From Escherichia coli (GTDB taxonomy: Bacteria > Pseudomonadota > Gammaproteobacteria > Enterobacterales > Enterobacteriaceae), in NCBI RefSeq assembly GCF_030384885.1, contig NZ_CP128613.1: a DNA stretch of 64,000 bases; one strand, given 5' to 3'. Made by a program: the position numbers and the translations under genes. Of the stretch, positions 58,169 to 64,000 are shown in pieces. Numbering within the stretch: the stretch's first letter is position 1; each line of letters opens with the position of its first letter. The notes under the pieces are model-generated. The model had not been told where the DNA came from, made no database searches, and saw only the letters and a list, made by a program, of their open reading frames with translations.

Positions 58169-59128
58169 TTACGCGTAACCGTAGCTCATCAGGCGCTGAT
58201 AACGACGATTTTTTAAATCTTCAGTGCTTAACACGTCGAGATCGGCCAGATCCGCCAGCAGCTGCGCTTTCAGAGACGCCGCCATCGCTTCCGGGTTACG
58301 GTGAGCACCGCCCAGCGGTTCCGGGATGATGGAGTCGATCAGTTTCAGTTCTTTCAAACGCGGAGCGATGATCCCCATCGCTTCAGCCGCCAGCGGCGCT
58401 TTGTCGGCGCTCTTCCACAGAATGGACGCACAACCTTCCGGCGAGATAACAGAATAGGTGCTGTATTGCAGCATATTCACTTTATCGCCCACGCCAATCG
58501 CCAGCGCGCCGCCAGAACCACCTTCACCGATAACGGTGCAAATAGTCGGTACGCTAAGGCGAGACATTTCACGCAGGTTGCGTGCAATGGCTTCAGACTG
58601 ACCGCGTTCTTCTGCGCCCACACCCGGATAAGCCCCCGGGGTGTCGATAAAGGTGATGATTGGCATCTTAAAGCGTTCAGCCATTTGCATCAGACGCAGT
58701 GCTTTGCGGTAACCTTCTGGCGCTGGCATACCAAAGTTACGGCGAATTTTTTCTTTGGTTTCACGACCTTTTTGATGACCAATGATCATCACCGGACGAC
58801 CATCGAGACGGGCGATACCCCCGACGATAGCTTTATCGTCTGCATACGCGCGGTCGCCAGCCAGTTCGTCAAATTCATCAAAGGCCAGGCGAACGTAATC
58901 CAGGGTATAAGGACGCTGTGGATGGCGTGCCAGTTGCGCAATCTGCCATGCACCGAGATCGGCGAAGATTTTACGCGTCAGTTCTACGCTTTTTTCACGC
59001 AGACGATGCACTTCTTCATCGATATTAATATCCAGTTTCTCATCCTGGCGGCTAACCGCAGTCAGAGAATCGATTTTCGCTTCCAGCTCTGCAATCGGCT
59101 GTTCAAAATCAAGGAAATTCAGACTCAT
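58169..59128 (-). CDS. accA: acetyl-CoA carboxylase carboxyltransferase alpha subunit
   Basis: 319 aa; [23 protein letters not shown]-terminus. Confidence 0.95.
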
Positions 59129-59140
59129 AGTATTCCTGTA

Positions 59141-62100
59141 TTAGTCAAACTCCAGTTCCACCTGCTCCGAACCAATGAGGCCACGGAGATCGTTTAATAA
59201 ACGATCGCTCGGAGAGACACGCCACGTCGCGCCAAAACGCAACCGCGCGCGTGCATCCGCCCTCTGATAGTAGAGATGTACTGGAATTGTCCCAGAGCGG
59301 TGGGGTTCCAGAGACTGACGGAGTCGGTTTAAAAGCTGGTCATCAATTTGCCTGTCCGTCAGCGAGATAGCAAGCCCGCGAGCATATTTTTCCCGGGCTT
59401 CGTCAATATCCATCACTTCGCGAGCGGTCATTTTAAGCCCACCGCTGAAGTCATCAAAGCTGACCTGTCCGCTGACGATAAGTATGCGGTCTTTTTCCAG
59501 CAATTGCTGGTATTTATCCAGGGCGTCAGTAAACAACATCACTTCCAGCCGCCCGGAACGGTCATCCAGCGTGCAGATACCGATACGATTGCCGCGCTTG
59601 GTGACCATAACCCGCGCAGCAACAACGAGCCCCGCAGCCGTGGTGACTTTACCACGTTCTGTCGGGTGCATGTCTTTCAGCCTTACGCCTCCGACATAAC
59701 GCTCAATCTCTTTTAAATACTGGTTGATAGGGTGTCCCGTCAGGTACAGACCTAACGTTTCACGTTCCCCATCTAACACCACCTGCTCCGGCCACGGTTG
59801 GCAACTGGCGTAGGATTGTTCAATTTGTTCCGGCTCTTCTGCCAGCACGCCGAACATATCAGCCTGACCGATGGCTTCTGCTTTCGCGTGTTGATCAGCC
59901 GCCTTTAACGCATCGCCCAGCGAGTTCATCAGCGCCGCGCGGTGTGGCCCAAGACGGTCAAACGCCCCGGACATGATCAGTTTTTCCAGCACTCGCCGGT
60001 TTAACTTTTTGGTGTCTGTACGGGCGCAGAGATCAAACAGTTCACGGAAATAGCCGCCTTTATTACGGGCTTCGATGATCGCCTCAATCGGACCTTCACC
60101 TACCCCTTTGATCGCGCCAATACCATACACGATTTCGCCGTCGTCGTTGACGTGGAAATGGTAAAGACCGGAGTTTATATCTGGTGGCAGGATTTTCAGC
60201 CCCATCCGCCAGCACTCATCCACCAGGCCCACCACCTTCTCGGTGTTGTCCATATCGGCGGTCATTACTGCCGCCATAAACTCCGCTGGATAGTGCGCTT
60301 TCAGCCATAACGTTTGATATGAAACCAAAGCATAGGCCGCAGAGTGCGATTTGTTAAATCCGTAACCGGCGAATTTCTCCACCAGGTCGAAGATTTTCAT
60401 CGCCAGTTCGGCGTTGATCCCGTTCTTTTCTGCGCCTTCAGCAAATACAGAACGCTGCTTGGCCATCTCTTCCGGCTTTTTCTTACCCATCGCACGACGC
60501 AGCATATCCGCGCCACCGAGGGTATAACCAGAAAGCACCTGGGCAATCTGCATGACCTGTTCCTGATACAGGATGATGCCGTAGGTTGGCTCCAGTACCG
60601 GTTTCAGGCTTTCATGCTGCCACTGCACATCCGGATAGGAGATCTCTTCGCGACCATGTTTACGGTCGATAAAGTTATCCACCATCCCTGATTGCAACGG
60701 GCCGGGGCGGAACAGTGCCACCAGTGCGATCATATCTTCGAAGCAGTCAGGTTGCAGACGCTTGATCAGGTCCTTCATGCCGCGCGATTCAAGCTGGAAT
60801 ACCGCCGTGGTTTCCGAGCGTTGCAGCATGTCGAAACTTTTCTTGTCATCCAGCGGGATCGCGGCGATATCCAGCGGCGGCTCGCCATTCTTCGCCCGCC
60901 GCTTGTTGATCATCTCCAGCGCCCAGTTGATGATGGTGAGCGTACGCAAACCAAGGAAGTCGAACTTCACCAGCCCGGCGTATTCAACGTCGCTTTTATC
61001 AAACTGGGTAACCGGATGTTTGCCCTCTTCATCGCAATAAAGCGGCGCAAAATCGGTAATTTTGGTCGGCGCGATAACCACCCCACCGGCGTGCTTACCA
61101 GCGTTACGGGTGACCCCTTCCAGTTTGCACGCCATGTCGATCAGCGCCTTAACTTCTTCGTCCGCTTCGTAGATTTCCGGCAGTTGCGGCTCGGCTTCAA
61201 ACGCTTTCGCCAGCGTCATCCCCGGATCGGGCGGGATCAGTTTCGAGATACGATCGACAAAGCCGTATGGATGCCCCAGCACGCGGCCTACGTCGCGGAT
61301 CACCGCTTTTGCCGCCATTGTACCGAAGGTGATGATCTGCGATACCGCATCACGACCGTACATGTCTGCCACGTGTTCGATAACCTGATCGCGTTTCTCC
61401 ATACAGAAGTCAACGTCAAAGTCAGGCATGGAGACACGTTCCGGGTTAAGGAAACGTTCGAACAGCAGGTCAAATTCCAGCGGATCGAGGTCGGTAATTT
61501 TCAGCGCGTAGGCCACCAGTGACCCTGCACCGGAACCACGGCCAGGCCCTACCGGTACGCCGTTATCCTTCGACCACTGGATAAATTCCATAACGATGAG
61601 GAAGTAACCCGGGAAGCCCATCTGGTTGATAACCTGAAGTTCAGTATCCAGACGCTCGTCATACTCCGGGCGACGCTTAAGACGTTCTTCCTCGTCAGGG
61701 AATAAAAACGCCAGACGCTCTTCCAGGCCTTCTTTTGCACGCTTGACCAGATAATCTTCGGTGCTCATGTCCCCGGTCGGGAACTGCGGCAGGAAGTATT
61801 CACCCAGACGCACAGTCACGTTACAGCGTTTGGCGATCTCAACAGTGTTGGCAAGGGCTTCGGGGATGTCGGCAAACAGCTCGCACATCTCCTCTTCGCT
61901 GCGCATATATTGCTGCGGCGAATAATTACGCGGGCGTTTGGGATCGTCGAGAGTAAAGCCGTCATGGATCGCGACGCGGATTTCGTGCGCGTCAAAGTCG
62001 CTGCTGTCGATAAAGCGCACGTCATTGGTCGCCACGACGGGCAAACCGCGCGCTTCCGCCAGCTCCACTGCCGCGTGCAGATAACTTTCTTCGTCCGGCC

Positions 62101-62623
62101 TGCCGGTGCGGATCAGCTCGAGAAAATAGCGATCCGGGAAGTGCTCTTCATAAAATGCAACGCACTCATCTACCAGCGCGCTGTTACCACGCAAAAGGCT
62201 GCGCCCGACGTCGCCCATGCGCCCGCCGGAAAGGAGGATCAGCCCTTCGTTTAATTCGATAAGCCAGTCGCGATCGATGATAGGCCCAGCGGCACCGTAC
62301 CCGCGCTGATACGCTTTTGAGATCAGCAACGTCAGATTCTGATAGCCGGTATTGTTTGCCGCCAGCACCGTCAGGTGGGTTAACTCATCACCCAGCAGGT
62401 CGCACTGGACATTAAAATCTGCCCCGACGATAGGCTTAATCCCTGCGCCATGTCCCGCTCCGTAGAACTTCACCAGACCGCAAAGGTTGGTGAAATCGGT
62501 GATCGCCAGTGCTGGCATACCCAACGCCGCCGCCTTTTTTACCAGCGGCGCGGTTTTGGCCAGGCCATCGATCATCGAGTAGTCGCTGTGCACCCGCAGG
62601 TGTACGAAACGTGGTTCAGACAT
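59141..62623 (-). CDS. dnaE: DNA polymerase III alpha subunit
   Basis: 1160 aa; PHP domain N-terminus [20 protein letters not shown]. Confidence 0.95.
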   Translation of the reverse strand: MSEPRFVHLRVHSDYSMIDGLAKTAPLVKKAAALGMPALAITDFTNLCGLVKFYGAGHGAGIKPIVGADFNVQCDLLGDELTHLTVLAANNTGYQNLTLLISKAYQRGYGAAGPIIDRDWLIELNEGLILLSGGRMGDVGRSLLRGNSALVDECVAFYEEHFPDRYFLELIRTGRPDEESYLHAAVELAEARGLPVVATNDVRFIDSSDFDAHEIRVAIHDGFTLDDPKRPRNYSPQQYMRSEEEMCELFADIPEALANTVEIAKRCNVTVRLGEYFLPQFPTGDMSTEDYLVKRAKEGLEERLAFLFPDEEERLKRRPEYDERLDTELQVINQMGFPGYFLIVMEFIQWSKDNGVPVGPGRGSGAGSLVAYALKITDLDPLEFDLLFERFLNPERVSMPDFDVDFCMEKRDQVIEHVADMYGRDAVSQIITFGTMAAKAVIRDVGRVLGHPYGFVDRISKLIPPDPGMTLAKAFEAEPQLPEIYEADEEVKALIDMACKLEGVTRNAGKHAGGVVIAPTKITDFAPLYCDEEGKHPVTQFDKSDVEYAGLVKFDFLGLRTLTIINWALEMINKRRAKNGEPPLDIAAIPLDDKKSFDMLQRSETTAVFQLESRGMKDLIKRLQPDCFEDMIALVALFRPGPLQSGMVDNFIDRKHGREEISYPDVQWQHESLKPVLEPTYGIILYQEQVMQIAQVLSGYTLGGADMLRRAMGKKKPEEMAKQRSVFAEGAEKNGINAELAMKIFDLVEKFAGYGFNKSHSAAYALVSYQTLWLKAHYPAEFMAAVMTADMDNTEKVVGLVDECWRMGLKILPPDINSGLYHFHVNDDGEIVYGIGAIKGVGEGPIEAIIEARNKGGYFRELFDLCARTDTKKLNRRVLEKLIMSGAFDRLGPHRAALMNSLGDALKAADQHAKAEAIGQADMFGVLAEEPEQIEQSYASCQPWPEQVVLDGERETLGLYLTGHPINQYLKEIERYVGGVRLKDMHPTERGKVTTAAGLVVAARVMVTKRGNRIGICTLDDRSGRLEVMLFTDALDKYQQLLEKDRILIVSGQVSFDDFSGGLKMTAREVMDIDEAREKYARGLAISLTDRQIDDQLLNRLRQSLEPHRSGTIPVHLYYQRADARARLRFGATWRVSPSDRLLNDLRGLIGSEQVELEFD

Positions 62624-62659
62624 CTTCAGATTCCGGTTTACTTAATCTCGACACAAGAA

Positions 62660-63256
62660 TCAGGACGCAAGTCCCAGTGCGCGTTTGACAGGCCCAAAGC
62701 TGCGACGATGATGTTCAGTCGCGCCATATTCAGCCAGTTTTTCCAGATGAAAAGCGGTTGGATACCCTTTGTGCTGGGCAAAACCATATTGCGGGAAAAC
62801 AATATCCAGCGCCGCCATTTCAGCGTCGCGCGTCACTTTCGCCAGGATAGACGCAGCACTGATTTCCGGTACGCGGCTATCGCCTTTCACCACTGCCATC
62901 GAAGGCATCGGTAATTTTGGGCAGCGGTTACCATCAATCAACACATATTCCGGCGCAATATGCAGCCCCGCGACGGCGCGCTGCATCGCCAGCATGGTCG
63001 CGTGTAAAATATTCAGTTCGTCGATTTCGTGGGGTTCCGCGCGGCCCAGACTCCAGCTTAACGCTTTCTCTTTGATCTCTTCGCAGAGCGCCAGACGGCG
63101 TTTTTCGCTCAGCTTTTTGGAATCATTCAGCCCAGCAATCGGGCGCGCCGGGTCAAGGATCACCGCAGCGGTAACCACCGCGCCAACCAACGGCCCGCGT
63201 CCAACTTCATCCACACCCGCAACCAGCTGCGTGTGTGGATAAACAAATTCGATCAT
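62660..63256 (-). CDS. rnhB: ribonuclease HII
   Basis: 198 aa; [27 protein letters not shown]. Confidence 0.95.
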   Translation of the reverse strand: MIEFVYPHTQLVAGVDEVGRGPLVGAVVTAAVILDPARPIAGLNDSKKLSEKRRLALCEEIKEKALSWSLGRAEPHEIDELNILHATMLAMQRAVAGLHIAPEYVLIDGNRCPKLPMPSMAVVKGDSRVPEISAASILAKVTRDAEMAALDIVFPQYGFAQHKGYPTAFHLEKLAEYGATEHHRRSFGPVKRALGLAS

Positions 63257-64000
63257 TGTGCTAACTCCAGAACGGCTTGTGCCGCCTGCTCATCGGCATT
63301 GCAGCGGATCTGCTGATGCAGTTCACGGAAGGTATCGTGCATCGCGTGGCTGGTTTTCCCGTTCGCCAACAGCGGTAACAGCGCCGCAGCCAGTTTTTGC
63401 GGCTCACACTCTTCCTGCAATAATTCTTTGACTAACTCTCTGCCCGCCAGCAAATTTGGCAGCGAGACATACTCGGTTTTCACCAGCCTCTTCGCCAGCC
63501 AGAAGGTAAAAGGCTTCATGCGATATCCCACCACCATCGGGCATTTCGCCAGCATGCACTCCAGGGCTGCCGTACCCGACGCCAGTAGCGCCGCATCACT
63601 GGCGACCATCGCCTCACGGCCCATCCCATCCAGCAGATGAACCGAAAGATCTGGCGCAACTTCCGCTTTGATACGCTCAAACTGCTCACGGCGTTTGGCA
63701 TTCACCAGCGGCACCACGATCTCCAGATCGGGGTACGTCTGGCGCAAAAGCTGGGCCGTTTTCAGGAAATCGGCACTAAGCATCTCCACTTCCGCACCAC
63801 GACTTCCCGGCAGCAACGCAAGACAGTGAGCATCGTGAGGGATCCCCAGCACATCACGGGCGGCATTTTTATCTGGATCTAACGGCATGGCATCAGCCAT
63901 GGTGTGACCGATAAAACGGCACGGCACGTTGTATTTGTCATAAAACGCTTTTTCGAAAGGCAGAAATGCGAGCACCAGATCGGTGGCTCTGCCTATTTTG
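63253..64000 (-). CDS. lpxB: lipid-A-disaccharide synthase (3' part; gene continues beyond the window end)
   Basis: Open frame to the window edge; 4-nt overlap with rnhB; lpxB-rnhB-dnaE synteny. Confidence 0.9.
   Translation of the reverse strand, partial: KIGRATDLVLAFLPFEKAFYDKYNVPCRFIGHTMADAMPLDPDKNAARDVLGIPHDAHCLALLPGSRGAEVEMLSADFLKTAQLLRQTYPDLEIVVPLVNAKRREQFERIKAEVAPDLSVHLLDGMGREAMVASDAALLASGTAALECMLAKCPMVVGYRMKPFTFWLAKRLVKTEYVSLPNLLAGRELVKELLQEECEPQKLAAALLPLLANGKTSHAMHDTFRELHQQIRCNADEQAAQAVLELAQ

Overview
Enterobacterial (E. coli-type) chromosome segment, in reverse orientation relative to the usual K-12 map. Calls rest on reading the six-frame translations and sequence motifs by eye against remembered E. 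coli proteins and RNAs; no database search was run. Coordinates of features I placed by hand (RNAs, hairpins, repeats, trimmed starts) may be off by 1-2 nt. Layout: (1) 1-13.6 kb, one arm of an intact Flag-2-type lateral flagellar cluster (fliJ/I/H/G/F/E homologues, a receiver-less sigma54 activator, fliM/N/P/Q/R, flhB, flhA homologues). (2) 13.6-21.7 kb, a HicAB-like toxin-antitoxin pair, then yafL, yafK, yafJ, gmhA, fadE, ivy, yafV. (3) 21.7-30.6 kb, a low-GC mosaic island next to tRNA-Asp (aspV): H-repeat (ISAs1-like) gene, a group II intron with reverse transcriptase/maturase, an orphan Rhs C-terminal toxin plus immunity candidate, and an hcp gene followed by a cysteine-free candidate effector and two signal-peptide proteins, then yafT. 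(4) 30.7-38.6 kb, dnaQ, rnhA, yafS, gloB, mltD, yafE, yafD, yafC, dkgB. (5) 38.7-44.4 kb, a complete rrnH-type rRNA operon on the minus strand (16S, tRNA-Ile, tRNA-Ala, 23S, 5S, tRNA-Asp) with P1/P2 promoters. (6) 44.4-64 kb, gmhB, metNIQ, rcsF, tsaA, proS, yaeF, nlpE, arfB, yaeQ, yaeP, rof, tilS, yaeR, ldcC, accA, dnaE, rnhB and the 3' part of lpxB. The best candidate for an undescribed system is the hcp-linked effector/immunity-like module at 27.1-29.3 kb, with the adjacent orphan Rhs toxin tip. No CRISPR array or integrase was seen.
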